The notes: generated by a model not told the origin, from the letters alone. A DNA stretch of 32,000 bases from Candidatus Baldrarchaeum yapensis (GCA_016840465.1 JAEOSH010000001.1:60001-92000); one strand, 5' to 3'; counted from the first letter of the stretch, positions 1 through 9,820 are shown. Translations and numbers: made by a program.

Positions 1-948
1 TTCGGGTTGCATGTTGAAATCTATAGCCTTAGGCTCGCAAACTTTCTCACAGAGCCGACATTTGATACAGTGATCCATATCAATGAGGTAAGAGGGAGGA
101 ATTGCCTGTGCGAATGGTATGTATATTGCTTTTCTTGGTGATAGCCCGACATCAAACTCGTTAGGAACTATTACCGGACAAACGTTTGCGCACTCTCCAC
201 ATGCAGTACACTTATCTTCGATTACGTATCTGGGCTTTTTCAGTACCTTTACGGTAAAGTTACCGACGTACCCACTTATCTCCAGTATTTCCGAATATGC
301 CAAAATTTCTACATTTGGATGGTGGTACACCTCAGCCATTTTTGGTGCAAGTATACATATTGAACAATCGAGCGTTGGAAACGTTTTATCAAGTTGGGCC
401 ATACGTCCTCCTATTGAGGGTGCGCGCTCAACCAGATATACTTTAAACCCCATATCCGCAAGATCTAATGCCGCCTGAATTCCCGCAACTCCTCCTCCTA
501 TTACCAACGCCTTATTCTCCACCGGAACCACTATATCCTCTAATGGCTTTAACAAACGTGCTTTTGCAACTGCCATCTTAACGAGGTCCTTTGCCTTTTT
601 TGTCGCCTTTTCGGGTTCCCAGAGATGGACCCATGAACAGTGCTCTCGTATGTTTGCTATTTCTAGTAAGTATTTGTTAAGGCCTGCCTTCTCAACACAT
701 CTTCTAAACGTTTCCTCGTGAAGGCGAGGGGTACAACATGCTATCACAACGCGATTCAAGTTATATTTCTTTATATCCTCTTGAATTTCTCTTTGTCCGA
801 CCTCACTGCACGTATATAAGAGATGTTTCGAGACAACAACCCCAGGAAGCGTTGATGCAAATTTTGCAACTTCTTCACAGTCAATAATGCCTCCAATGTT
901 TTTACCACAGTGACAAACATATACTCCTATTCGCACCTCATCGGACAT
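1..948 (-). CDS. hdrA: Heterodisulfide reductase subunit A (HdrA), N-terminal 316 aa; 3' end beyond the window
   Basis: Not in the ORF track because no stop lies in the window. Manual translation from ATG 948: [20 protein letters not shown]...[11 protein letters not shown]...[10 protein letters not shown]...[21 protein letters not shown]...[25 protein letters not shown]...[12 protein letters not shown]...[21 protein letters not shown] upstream. Confidence 0.96.
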   Translation of the reverse strand, partial: MSDEVRIGVYVCHCGKNIGGIIDCEEVAKFASTLPGVVVSKHLLYTCSEVGQREIQEDIKKYNLNRVVIACCTPRLHEETFRRCVEKAGLNKYLLEIANIREHCSWVHLWEPEKATKKAKDLVKMAVAKARLLKPLEDIVVPVENKALVIGGGVAGIQAALDLADMGFKVYLVERAPSIGGRMAQLDKTFPTLDCSICILAPKMAEVYHHPNVEILAYSEILEISGYVGNFTVKVLKKPRYVIEDKCTACGECANVCPVIVPNEFDVGLSPRKAIYIPFAQAIPPSYLIDMDHCIKCRLCEKVCEPKAIDFNMQPE

Positions 949-1207
949 TATCCATTGCCTCCTTTCCGGATTATTGTAACTTGTAATTGTAAGATCAGCT
1001 TGCAGACTGCTCTGTTGTTGAGTAATACTGTTATTAAGCTTCACTTACTCGTACTGATGATCTACTAAATTAATACAGGTAAAAGTTTTGTTTGTAATTC
1101 GTGATCATCAGTATGATTCGAGGTTTATGCTGATTGGACGATTTGTTATTCTGCTCATGTTGCAATTTCCTTATCCACCCACAGCAGAAAGAGTAAGAAT
1201 CACTTAC

Positions 1208-1221
1208 GTAAAAAATTTAAC
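1208..1221 (+). promoter_or_regulatory. Putative BRE/TATA box of tRNA-Val
   Basis: gtaaaaaaTTTAAC about 40 nt upstream of the tRNA 5' end; matches the archaeal BRE-TATA pattern by eye. Confidence 0.4.
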
Positions 1222-1258
1222 TCGGATCATGATTAAATCATGTACATGGATATGATAT

Positions 1259-1332
<74 letters not shown>

Positions 1333-1336
1333 TTCT

Positions 1337-2125
1337 TCATTTTAGCGTTTTAAACCATTCTTTGATTTCGATCGGGCGAAAGGCTTTTAACACCACACCT
1401 GGAAGTTCATTTCCTATTTCTGCTATGATACCGGGCGCTGTTGTTCCCCTTTTGCATACAATTGCATGTTCTAGTAATCCTAACCTTTCAATTCTTATTA
1501 TGTCTCTTAAGTGGCCTGTTCTTATGATGGCCTTTCGTACCGTCTGGCGGGGAGCGCCGCACACGATCACTCTCTCTAATCCACTTCTTACCCATCTTTT
1601 TATTGTCTTTAATTGATTTTCTGAAATTTCAGCTTCTATCTCCATGTTAACGTTATTTATGTCTACAATTTTTATTTCAACTGGCAAATTGTCTATTAGG
1701 GCGAACTTCTGTGAGATTTGTCTTAATGGAACCTTTGCAGAAGCAACAAGTTGCTTTCTAAGTTTATAAAGCGGAAGAAGTGCATCTTTTGGGACGGGTT
1801 TTACGACTCCTATGTCGACATAGATGCCGTAGCCGAACTCTTCCGAGTCTATTATTCGTCCTCTTAGAACATCTCCTTCGCTTATCTCATCAAACGACTT
1901 TATTGACTGATATTCCATTCTCAGATAATTTGCAGCAACTTCAGCGTCTTCCCCCTCTATAACTACTTTAACATAGTTTCTTTTATTATCTGCGATAGAT
2001 ACGTCAACAATCCTGGCGTCAAGAGACCCTATTTTTCTCTTAATAATATGTTTAAGGGATTGTATTGCCTGATCCCGAAACGGACCGTATATCTTCTCCA
2101 GTAGTATTACCTCGGTGCGTGCCAT
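1337..2125 (-). CDS. Conserved archaeal protein, DUF2110-like, with an OB/S1-like segment
   Basis: 262 aa. Motifs KIYG, GEDAEVAANYL, GRIIDSEEFGYGIYVDIG and RLGLLEHAIVC. Overlaps the 3' end of tfe by 19 nt, a neighbourhood I recall for this family. Confidence 0.7.
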   Translation of the reverse strand: MARTEVILLEKIYGPFRDQAIQSLKHIIKRKIGSLDARIVDVSIADNKRNYVKVVIEGEDAEVAANYLRMEYQSIKSFDEISEGDVLRGRIIDSEEFGYGIYVDIGVVKPVPKDALLPLYKLRKQLVASAKVPLRQISQKFALIDNLPVEIKIVDINNVNMEIEAEISENQLKTIKRWVRSGLERVIVCGAPRQTVRKAIIRTGHLRDIIRIERLGLLEHAIVCKRGTTAPGIIAEIGNELPGVVLKAFRPIEIKEWFKTLK

Positions 2126-2682
2126 GCCGCCGTACTCCTTACACTCTCCAAGTCCTTTTCTAACTTACTAATCATTATTTCCAGAACCTTGATCATTTGA
2201 GAGTTATCGAAGGGTACAAGTGGTGACTTGCACACTGGACATTCAAAGTAGTTCTCCATGGCCTCTTCAAATTTGTATCGTTTTAGATTGTGATTTGGAC
2301 AGTAGTAATAATTCCCAGACCGCTCATATTCTAACCTTTCTTTTAACTTCTTAAGGACTTCACGTTTCCTCCTTATTACGAGGTCCTTTATGTTCTCGAG
2401 GTTTATCCTCCAGAAGTATGTATACCATCCAGTTTCTTCATCCCGCACTCTCCTATAGATCGCAATATTGTAGTTATGAAGAAGGTATAGTATTTTTCTG
2501 ACTTCATTTGCTTTCATCTTAAGCATTTGAACAAGTTCCTCGTCTGTTGCTTCTTTTTTCTTCAACAACGCAAGAACAACGTCGAGAGCTGCTTTACCCC
2601 CGATGTCTAGGATGACCGCCGAGAGCAACGATAGAAGTTCTGGGTTAATATTGAGTTCTTCACTCGACATTCTTGCAAGCAC
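2107..2682 (-). CDS. tfe: Transcription initiation factor E subunit alpha (TFE)
   Basis: wHTH (TDEEL...NEVRKILYLL...YRRVRDEETGWYTYFW) followed by zinc ribbon CPNH...CPVCKSPL. ATG at 2670 is an alternative start. Confidence 0.95.
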   Translation of the reverse strand: MLARMSSEELNINPELLSLLSAVILDIGGKAALDVVLALLKKKEATDEELVQMLKMKANEVRKILYLLHNYNIAIYRRVRDEETGWYTYFWRINLENIKDLVIRRKREVLKKLKERLEYERSGNYYYCPNHNLKRYKFEEAMENYFECPVCKSPLVPFDNSQMIKVLEIMISKLEKDLESVRSTAAWHAPR

Positions 2683-2905
2683 ACTCGTTTTCTCTTTTCA
2701 CCTTTAATTAATTATAAATAAAAATTGAAGTTAAAACTTATCCCATCAGGTGAAAGAGTCAGGCATCATAGTTAGCATGTGATACGAATTTTCCATTTAT
2801 AATTTTACGATTGAACTTTAGTTATCGGATAATAAAGAGTGCGATACCTTTATAGATACTCGTTACTCACTAAGGCAAGAGTCCCCGAAGAGGAGTTGAG
2901 AGAAA

Positions 2906-3133
2906 ATGCCTTATAAGATCGTACCACTATATTCGAAATGTATAGGATGCGGAGATTGTGTTACCGCTTGTCCGATAAATGCAATAGGAAAAAGAACTGC
3001 ACGTGCAGACATGGTTACGCTCAGGGTGAGAAATGGAAAGGTTGAAGTTGTTAATGAAGAATTGTGCGATGGTTGTGGCGTTTGTATAGAGGCATGCCCC
3101 ACTAAGGCAATAAAGATAGAATTTGTCCAGTAA
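2906..3133 (+). CDS. 2x[4Fe-4S] ferredoxin, FwdG-like
   Basis: CIGCGDCVTACP and CDGCGVCIEACP, with an insert and V..VN.ELC spacing like FwdG. GAGGAG RBS. Confidence 0.85.
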   Translation: MPYKIVPLYSKCIGCGDCVTACPINAIGKRTARADMVTLRVRNGKVEVVNEELCDGCGVCIEACPTKAIKIEFVQ

Positions 3134-3150
3134 GAAATGAGTAAAAAGTA

Positions 3151-3579
3151 TTATTGTTGGCTTGTACTTTCATCTGGGAAGAGCGGCCCCAATTTTATTA
3201 TCTGTTCTGTGAATTCCTTCACTACTTGTGAAAATTTGAGTCCCTCTGAGGCCGATACCCATTCCAGCCTCAGTCTTTCGGGCTCTATCCCTATCGCCTT
3301 AAGTAGTTTTTTTAATTTCTTGATCCTTCTCTCAGCTATTAGATTTCCTTCAACGTAATGGCAATCTCCAGGATGACATCCACATATTAGCACGCCGTCT
3401 GCGCCGTTTTCGAACGCTTTTAGCACGAAGATCGGGTCTACTCTTCCACTGCACATTACTCTAATTATTCTAATTGTGGGAGGATATTGGAATCGGCTAA
3501 TCCCAGCCAAGTCCGCACCGCCATATCCACACCAATTACAACAAAAAGCTAAAATCCGTGGAAATTTCCAATTAGACAA
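3151..3579 (-). CDS. mvhD: MvhD ([2Fe-2S] delta subunit; methyl-viologen-reducing hydrogenase/Hdr adaptor)
   Basis: FCCNWCGYGGADLAG, RVMCSGRVDP, GCHPGDCHY, GIEPERLRLEWVSASEG. Overlaps the hdrA-like stop by 8 nt. Confidence 0.96.
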   Translation of the reverse strand: MSNWKFPRILAFCCNWCGYGGADLAGISRFQYPPTIRIIRVMCSGRVDPIFVLKAFENGADGVLICGCHPGDCHYVEGNLIAERRIKKLKKLLKAIGIEPERLRLEWVSASEGLKFSQVVKEFTEQIIKLGPLFPDESTSQQ

Positions 3580-6500
3580 TTACCTCACCCCTTAGTGCTG
3601 TATTAACCATTGCAAGGATTTGTTCATTCGTGAAGTGACGCGGTATTATTGCGCCGACCGGGCATGCGGCCTCACATGCCCCACAGCCCATGCATAAGAC
3701 GTTTACTACGTGTGCTTTTCTGATAGTTATCTCGAAGCCCTTCATTTTCTTCGTTATTGTCTTCATTTCGATAGCGCCAGCGGGACATACCGCGGCACAT
3801 CTACCACATCCAATACATTTGTCTTCGTCAACAACAGATGTTATACCTTCCACAATAACGTATCCTCTTGATAGCAATATTCCTGCTTTTGCAGCCGCAC
3901 CAAGTCCTTGCGCTATGGCCTCATCAGCGCTCTTTGGATAGTGTATTGCGCCACAGAGGTATATTCCTTCACTCATGAACTCCAATGGCCTGAGTTTCGG
4001 ATGTGCCTCGAGGAAGAAGCCATTCGCATCTCTAGGGACTTTAAGCATTTGAGCCAGTTCGAAGGCGTCTTCTTCTGGCACTATTGGCGTGGACAAACAT
4101 ACCCTGTCGGCTGGGATTTCGATATATTCTCTTAATAGTGAGTCGTATACGCGCACCTTTAGCTTTCCGTTGAACTTTCTAACTTCTGGTGGTTTGTCTT
4201 CGGGGAATCTTATGAATTTAACGCCATATTTTGTCTGCGCGTCCTTATACAGTTCCTCGTAGCCTTTTGCGAACATCCTAATATCTCGATAAAGTATTAC
4301 GACTTCACAATTCTTATACTCTGACTTTACGATAACTGCGTTCTTTATAGCGTTCATGCAGCAGATTCTTCCGCAGTATGTGCGTCCCTCGGGCTCTCTC
4401 GCTCCTACACACAGAATCATGACTATTGTTTCTCCGTCCTTTATTTTGCGTTCTTTCAACAGCTTCTCAAACTCGAGCATTGTATGCACGTTTTCGAGTT
4501 CTCCATAGCCGTAGTAACCATAAGGTTTGAATTCCTTTCCTCCTATTGCTGTAATTATCGCGCCTACGTTCAACTCTTCCTCCTTTCCATCATGTTGAAC
4601 TTTCACCGTGTAATTTCCGGGATATCCCTTTATTTCCTTGACAACTGTTGAAGTCATGACTTTGACTCTTTCATTTTCGTTTATCGCCTTGATGAGTGGA
4701 TCTAGGATTTCCTTCGGATCTTTAAATCCCGGGTAGAGTTTATATAACTCATTTAATATTCCACCAAGTTTACCCGTCTTCTCGACGAGTATCGCCTCGA
4801 ATCCTTGTTCTGCAACATTTAATGCTGCCGTCATTCCGGCAACTCCGCCACCTATTACCAATACCTTCTTAATTACCGGAACTTTTTCTCTCTTCTGGGG
4901 ATTCAGCAATATTGCTTTTGCTACGGCCATTCTTATCAGGTCCTTCGCCTTTTCGGTTGCTTCTTTAGGCTCGCGCATATGGACCCATGAGCACTGCTCT
5001 CTTATGTTTGCAAATTCGAATAAGTAACGGTTTAAGCCAGCCTCCTCGCAAGTTTCTTGGAACAACGGTTCATGTGTTCTGGGCGTGCAGGCTGCCACGA
5101 CCACTCTATTCAACTTTTCCTGCTGTATTATTTCCTTCATCTTTGTGAGAGAATCCTGAGAGCACATGAATGTGTGATGGGATGCATGTACTACATATGG
5201 CAATTTCGCGGCATACTGCGTTACTTCCTCAACATCGATAACGCTTGCTATGTTACCACCGCAGTGACATACGAAGACCCCTATCCGTGGAGGCTCTCCG
5301 CTCACGTCTCTTTCCGGAGGCAGTACCTTTTCACGTCGCTTTAACGCTGCTACTTTTAAGAGAGATGCGACAATTCCAGCTGCAGCACTTCCCTGAGCGA
5401 CGCTATCCGGTATGTCCTTAGGTCCCTGCGCAACCCCTGTAATGTAAATTCCAGGTTTGATGGTTTTTACCATGTGGAATGGGTCCGCCTCCTTGAAGTA
5501 ACCGTATTCGTCGAGTTCTATTCCCAGTATTTCTGCGAGTTTTTTCGTGCCTTCTGATGGGACTAGTCCTATCGCTAAAACCACCAAATCGACTTCCATT
5601 TCCTTTATCTCGCCCGTTTCGGTATCCTCATATCTAACGATTGGATTGTGGTTTTCGGGGTTTTCGAGTATTTCTGCAACTCTTGCACGTATATATTTGG
5701 TGCCATACTCGTCTCTTGCTCTTCTATAGAATTCTTCGAACATTTTTCCATATGCTCTTAAATCCATGTAGAAGATGTAGCATTCGGTATCCGGCCAGTG
5801 GTCCTTTATCAATATCGTATGTTTTGTCGAGTACATGCAACAAACTCTACTACAGAACATGTTTCCTGTTTTTTCGTCACGCGATCCAACACACTGTATG
5901 AACGCTATCCTCTTGGGGTGCTTCCCATCGGACGGCCTGACAACCTCACCGCCTGTGGGTCCAGATGCCGATAACAGTCTTTCGAGTTCCAAACTCGTTA
6001 TTACATTCGGGTATTTTCCATAACCGTACTCAGGACGGCCTGAGGGATCAAAGGGGTCGAAACCTGTTGCAACAATTATTGCGCCGACGGATATTTCTAT
6101 TTCTTCGGGTTTTTGATTAAAGTTTATCGCCTGCAGTTCGCATGCTTTTTCACACAGTCTGCACTTTATACAATGGTCCATGTCAATTGTGTAGATTGTT
6201 GGAACGGCTTGCGGAAACGGTATGTATATCGCCTTGCGCATCCCCAACCTTTGGTCAAACTCATTTGGTACGTGAACCGGACAGACTTGGGCACACATTC
6301 CGCAACCGTTACATTTCTCTTCGTCGACATAGCGCGGTTTCTTTAGGATTTTTACCTTGAAGTTTCCTGCCTCGCCCTCTACCGATATGACTTCGGAATA
6401 CGCGAGTATCTTTATGTTGGGATGTCTATACGCCTGTACCATCTTAGGAGCGAGGATACACATTGAGCAGTCGAGAGTCGGGAATGTTTTGTCCAGTTGG

Positions 6501-6661
6501 GCCATGTGACCTCCTATTGTGGGAGTTCTCTCAACCAGATACACGTAAAATCCCATATCCGCAAGATCCAGGGCCGCTTGAATACCGGTCACGCCACCTC
6601 CTATTATTAACACGCACTCATGTGGTTTTAGTTCCTCACCCACCTTTCTCACCTCATTCAT
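3572..6661 (-). CDS. hdrA: Large HdrA-like flavoprotein with two FAD modules and rearranged domain order
   Basis: 1029 aa. Order: FAD module 1 ([18 protein letters not shown], two inserted ferredoxin motifs, CVGSR, CSRVCC); HdrA N-terminal domain (CHCGGN, ACTPRTH, REQCSWVH); FAD module 2 (IGGGVAG, CVGAR, CGRICC); C-terminal CIGCGRCAAVCP and CMGCGACEAACP. Confidence 0.93.
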   Translation of the reverse strand: MNEVRKVGEELKPHECVLIIGGGVTGIQAALDLADMGFYVYLVERTPTIGGHMAQLDKTFPTLDCSMCILAPKMVQAYRHPNIKILAYSEVISVEGEAGNFKVKILKKPRYVDEEKCNGCGMCAQVCPVHVPNEFDQRLGMRKAIYIPFPQAVPTIYTIDMDHCIKCRLCEKACELQAINFNQKPEEIEISVGAIIVATGFDPFDPSGRPEYGYGKYPNVITSLELERLLSASGPTGGEVVRPSDGKHPKRIAFIQCVGSRDEKTGNMFCSRVCCMYSTKHTILIKDHWPDTECYIFYMDLRAYGKMFEEFYRRARDEYGTKYIRARVAEILENPENHNPIVRYEDTETGEIKEMEVDLVVLAIGLVPSEGTKKLAEILGIELDEYGYFKEADPFHMVKTIKPGIYITGVAQGPKDIPDSVAQGSAAAGIVASLLKVAALKRREKVLPPERDVSGEPPRIGVFVCHCGGNIASVIDVEEVTQYAAKLPYVVHASHHTFMCSQDSLTKMKEIIQQEKLNRVVVAACTPRTHEPLFQETCEEAGLNRYLFEFANIREQCSWVHMREPKEATEKAKDLIRMAVAKAILLNPQKREKVPVIKKVLVIGGGVAGMTAALNVAEQGFEAILVEKTGKLGGILNELYKLYPGFKDPKEILDPLIKAINENERVKVMTSTVVKEIKGYPGNYTVKVQHDGKEEELNVGAIITAIGGKEFKPYGYYGYGELENVHTMLEFEKLLKERKIKDGETIVMILCVGAREPEGRTYCGRICCMNAIKNAVIVKSEYKNCEVVILYRDIRMFAKGYEELYKDAQTKYGVKFIRFPEDKPPEVRKFNGKLKVRVYDSLLREYIEIPADRVCLSTPIVPEEDAFELAQMLKVPRDANGFFLEAHPKLRPLEFMSEGIYLCGAIHYPKSADEAIAQGLGAAAKAGILLSRGYVIVEGITSVVDEDKCIGCGRCAAVCPAGAIEMKTITKKMKGFEITIRKAHVVNVLCMGCGACEAACPVGAIIPRHFTNEQILAMVNTALRGEVIV

Positions 6662-7821
6662 ATCAAATTGAGAGCCTTTGCCACTAAAACTGTTAAGTCC
6701 ATGATCTCTATGGCGATCTGTGGTTTCTCGAGGAGCCTTTCACTTTTAAGACAGGAAAAGTGCGTCTCACACTTCGGACATGTAGTTACTAGAATGCTTG
6801 CCCCTGTAGCCTCCGCCTCTGCAATTCTATCGGATCTTATAACCTTCGCAATTTCGTCGCATGAGAGCCACGCGCTTGTGCCGCAACATAAGGCGTTTTC
6901 TCGTGACCTTTCCATCTCGATAAGTTCTATACCGGGTATATGTTTTAAAACCTCTCGGGGAGCGTCATAGATCCCCATATGTCTGCCTAGGCGGCAGGGG
7001 TCATGATACGTGACCTTGCGTTTAAACTCTCGTGGGAATGTAAGAGTCCCACTGTTAAGCGCGTCGAGGAGAAATTCGGAGATATGTAAGATCTCGAAAT
7101 CGAATCCGTCTAGAATTCGCGGGTAGTCGACCTTTAGCGTTCTATAGCACTCAGCACACGGAACTATTATCTTCTTCACACCAGCATCCTTGAAGATCCT
7201 TAAATTGTATTCGGCAAGTTTTTGTGCAGTCTCGAAATCTCCAGCCCATAGTAGGTCATGTCCACAGCATTTCTCATCGTCTAGGACAACAGGGGTTATT
7301 CCCAAGTGATTTAGTATCAAAACAGCGCTTTGTGGTATTACTGTTGTATTGACATCTATCTCTTCTAGCATTAGTTCATATATCGGCGTACATCCGATAA
7401 ATAGCGCTATATCTCCCTTTTTGGCGATTTTTACTCCTTCTGGAAGCCACAATTTTGTTTTGTTTGGTCTTATATTGGGGCGTGCCATTAGACGTGCTGA
7501 AACATGGAACAAACACTTATGCGCAACATGTTCTTCATATTTATCATGATGAAGTTTCCTAAGCTCTCTAATGACCTCACTAAACTTTATTCCCGCCCGA
7601 CATACAACGGAACAGGCGTCACATGTGAGACATCTCCAAATACCTTCTCTTAGGAAATATCCCTCACCGGTCACGAAAAGCTCGTGTGCGAATCTTCGCG
7701 GGGAGAAGTCCGTTAAGTAGTTGATCGGACATACGCCGGAACATCTGCCACATTCGAGGCACAGGTAGAGGCTCTTTAGTATTTCGCTCTCGCTCTCTGA
7801 GACCAGCGTAGCGGTTGTCAT
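6658..7821 (-). CDS. HdrD/GlpC-like Fe-S oxidoreductase (2x[4Fe-4S] + two CCG domains)
   Basis: CLECGRCSGVCP, CLTCDACSVVC, GCTP...EKCCG...CAECY, YHDPCRLGR...LCCG...TCPKC. ATGA overlap with the hdrA-like gene. Confidence 0.88.
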   Translation of the reverse strand: MTTATLVSESESEILKSLYLCLECGRCSGVCPINYLTDFSPRRFAHELFVTGEGYFLREGIWRCLTCDACSVVCRAGIKFSEVIRELRKLHHDKYEEHVAHKCLFHVSARLMARPNIRPNKTKLWLPEGVKIAKKGDIALFIGCTPIYELMLEEIDVNTTVIPQSAVLILNHLGITPVVLDDEKCCGHDLLWAGDFETAQKLAEYNLRIFKDAGVKKIIVPCAECYRTLKVDYPRILDGFDFEILHISEFLLDALNSGTLTFPREFKRKVTYHDPCRLGRHMGIYDAPREVLKHIPGIELIEMERSRENALCCGTSAWLSCDEIAKVIRSDRIAEAEATGASILVTTCPKCETHFSCLKSERLLEKPQIAIEIMDLTVLVAKALNLI

Positions 7822-8051
7822 GAGGTACCACCTTAAGAGAAACTAGCAAGAAGTTAACCCCTCCAGATTTTAACTTTTAGCACAATATTATACGTACATT
7901 ACGTATTTTACGAATAATATGATCCCATGGACGGGGCTTTTACGTCTCCGCATTGAACCACTTGACACCAAATCTTATCTACAAGTGTTTTTCTGACGGG
8001 CAAATTTTCGACTACTCTCTTCCGGACAGTTATGGAGACACTTCGTGAACG

Positions 8052-8059
8052 TTTAAAAG
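8052..8059 (+). promoter_or_regulatory. Putative TATA box of the fwdA-fwdC-mch operon
   Basis: TTTAAAAG about 50 nt upstream of the fwdA ATG. Confidence 0.45.
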
Positions 8060-8110
8060 CCATAGGCATAAAGTAATGCCAAACCGCCCAACCTCATAAG
8101 AGCGTGATAT

Positions 8111-9820
8111 ATGATGACCTCGCTTATCATAAAAAACGGGTACGTTTATGATCCGATAAACGGAATTTCGGGCGAGAAAATGGATATATACGTGAAAAAC
8201 GGAAAAATCGTTGAAGAATTCAGCGAAAAGGATGCTGATATTATCATAGATGCTAGTAATATGATAGTAATGCCGGGTGGCGTCGACATACACTCCCACA
8301 TTGCGGGACCAAAGGTGAACGCTGGGAGACTACTAAGACCGGAAGATCATAGAAAAGACCCTGTACCACGTGGAGTCACTCCGGTTTCCGGCGTTGGATA
8401 CTCCATACCGTCTACTTTCATCGAAGGATATAGATATGCAATAATGGGATGGACAACTGTCATGGAACCTGCAACACCTCCCCTGAAAACGAGACACACT
8501 CATGAGGAGCTTAATGACATTCCCATCATTGATAAGGGATGCTTCCCCTTAATGGACAGCAACTGGGTAGTTTTGGAGTACATTGCAAATAGAGAATTCG
8601 AGAAGTTAAAGATTTTTGTCGCATGGCTATTAAGTGTGGTTAAGGGTTTTGCTGTAAAAATAGTAAACCCTGGTGGAATGGAAAGCTGGGGTTGGGGGCA
8701 GAATGTTAAATCACTGGATGATCCCGTTCCCTACTTTGAGGTTACACCCCGAGAGATAGTGAGAGGACTGGCACGTGTAAATGAGGAGCTACGTTTGCCT
8801 CATACGATCCATCTGCATACGAACAACTTGGGGATTCCTGGAAATTACGAGACGACAATTGAGACCATGGAGGCCGTTAAGGACATAACCCCTGCGGAGG
8901 GAAGGAAAAGGGTAATTCACATCACACATGTGCAGTTTTCGGCATATGCGGGAGATAGTTGGAGGAATTTTGCCTCAGGTGCGGCAGATATTGCCGACTA
9001 TGTAAACAAAAATGAGCATGTGAGCATAGACATAGGTCAGGTGATTTTTACAGATACGACGACAATGACCGCGGATGGCCCGTTCGAGTACACACTCCAC
9101 AAGCTAACACGTTTCAAGTGGATAAACTCCGACGTGGAATTGGAGACGGGTGCTGGTATTGTGCCATATATCTATCGGCCTAAGATTGCCGTTAATGCTG
9201 TTCAGTGGTGCATTGGCCTCGAGCTTGCATTATTGATAAAGGATCCATGGAGGGTCTTCCTCACCACGGATCACCCGAACGGCGGTCCCTTCGTTTACTA
9301 TCCACAGATCATTAGTTGGTTGATGAGCAGAAAGGCTAGAGAGGAGGTTCTAGAACGAGCTCATTCCGCTGCGAAGAAAAGGACAACCCTTCCGGATATT
9401 GACAGGGAGTACACGTTTGAGGAAATAGCCATTTTTACAAGAGCAGGGCAGGCACGTGTGCTCGGACTCGAAAAGAAGGGACATCTTGGCATAGGGGCGG
9501 ATGCGGATATTGCCATATATGATATCGACCCCAAGAAGATCGATCCTTCGAAGGACTACAAGGCTGTTATAAAGGCATTCTCGGCGGCAAAATACACGAT
9601 CAAAGATGGGGAAATCGTTGTAAAGGACGGTAAGGTTGTCAAGGATATTCGCGGGAAGACCATTTGGGTAGATGTGCAAATACCGGAGGATGTACTGCAA
9701 CAGATTTACGAGGAAGTTAAGGAGAAGTTCATGTTCTACTATACGGTCAATCTTAACAATTATCCGATTCAGCCCACTTACCTGCATAAGGAGGAGAAAA
9801 TCACACTTCCACTTTACTAA
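8111..9820 (+). CDS. fwdA: Formylmethanofuran dehydrogenase subunit A (amidohydrolase)
   Basis: IIKNGYVYDP, GGVDIHSHIAGPKVNAGRLLRPEDH, VKIVNPGG, HTIHLHTNNLG, HITHVQF, TTDHPNGGPF. Confidence 0.97.
   Translation: MMTSLIIKNGYVYDPINGISGEKMDIYVKNGKIVEEFSEKDADIIIDASNMIVMPGGVDIHSHIAGPKVNAGRLLRPEDHRKDPVPRGVTPVSGVGYSIPSTFIEGYRYAIMGWTTVMEPATPPLKTRHTHEELNDIPIIDKGCFPLMDSNWVVLEYIANREFEKLKIFVAWLLSVVKGFAVKIVNPGGMESWGWGQNVKSLDDPVPYFEVTPREIVRGLARVNEELRLPHTIHLHTNNLGIPGNYETTIETMEAVKDITPAEGRKRVIHITHVQFSAYAGDSWRNFASGAADIADYVNKNEHVSIDIGQVIFTDTTTMTADGPFEYTLHKLTRFKWINSDVELETGAGIVPYIYRPKIAVNAVQWCIGLELALLIKDPWRVFLTTDHPNGGPFVYYPQIISWLMSRKAREEVLERAHSAAKKRTTLPDIDREYTFEEIAIFTRAGQARVLGLEKKGHLGIGADADIAIYDIDPKKIDPSKDYKAVIKAFSAAKYTIKDGEIVVKDGKVVKDIRGKTIWVDVQIPEDVLQQIYEEVKEKFMFYYTVNLNNYPIQPTYLHKEEKITLPLY

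Noticed and set aside
119-478. 119-aa plus-strand ORF
   Set aside because: Antisense shadow of the hdrA reading frame at 1..948.
1127-1255. 42-codon ORF in the hdrA/tRNA-Val intergenic region
   Set aside because: No good RBS, no recognisable motif, and it runs through the tRNA promoter.
2696-2758. Inverted repeat TTTCACCT...AGGTGAAA around an AT-rich spacer upstream of tfe
   Set aside because: Arms are only about 8 bp with a 44-bp loop. It is explained by two opposed GGTGA SD-like words, and the probable tfe TATA lies inside the loop, so the hairpin would not be transcribed.
3151-6661. Selenocysteine recoding in MvhD or HdrA
   Set aside because: All relevant positions are Cys codons; I saw no in-frame TGA and no SECIS-like hairpin.
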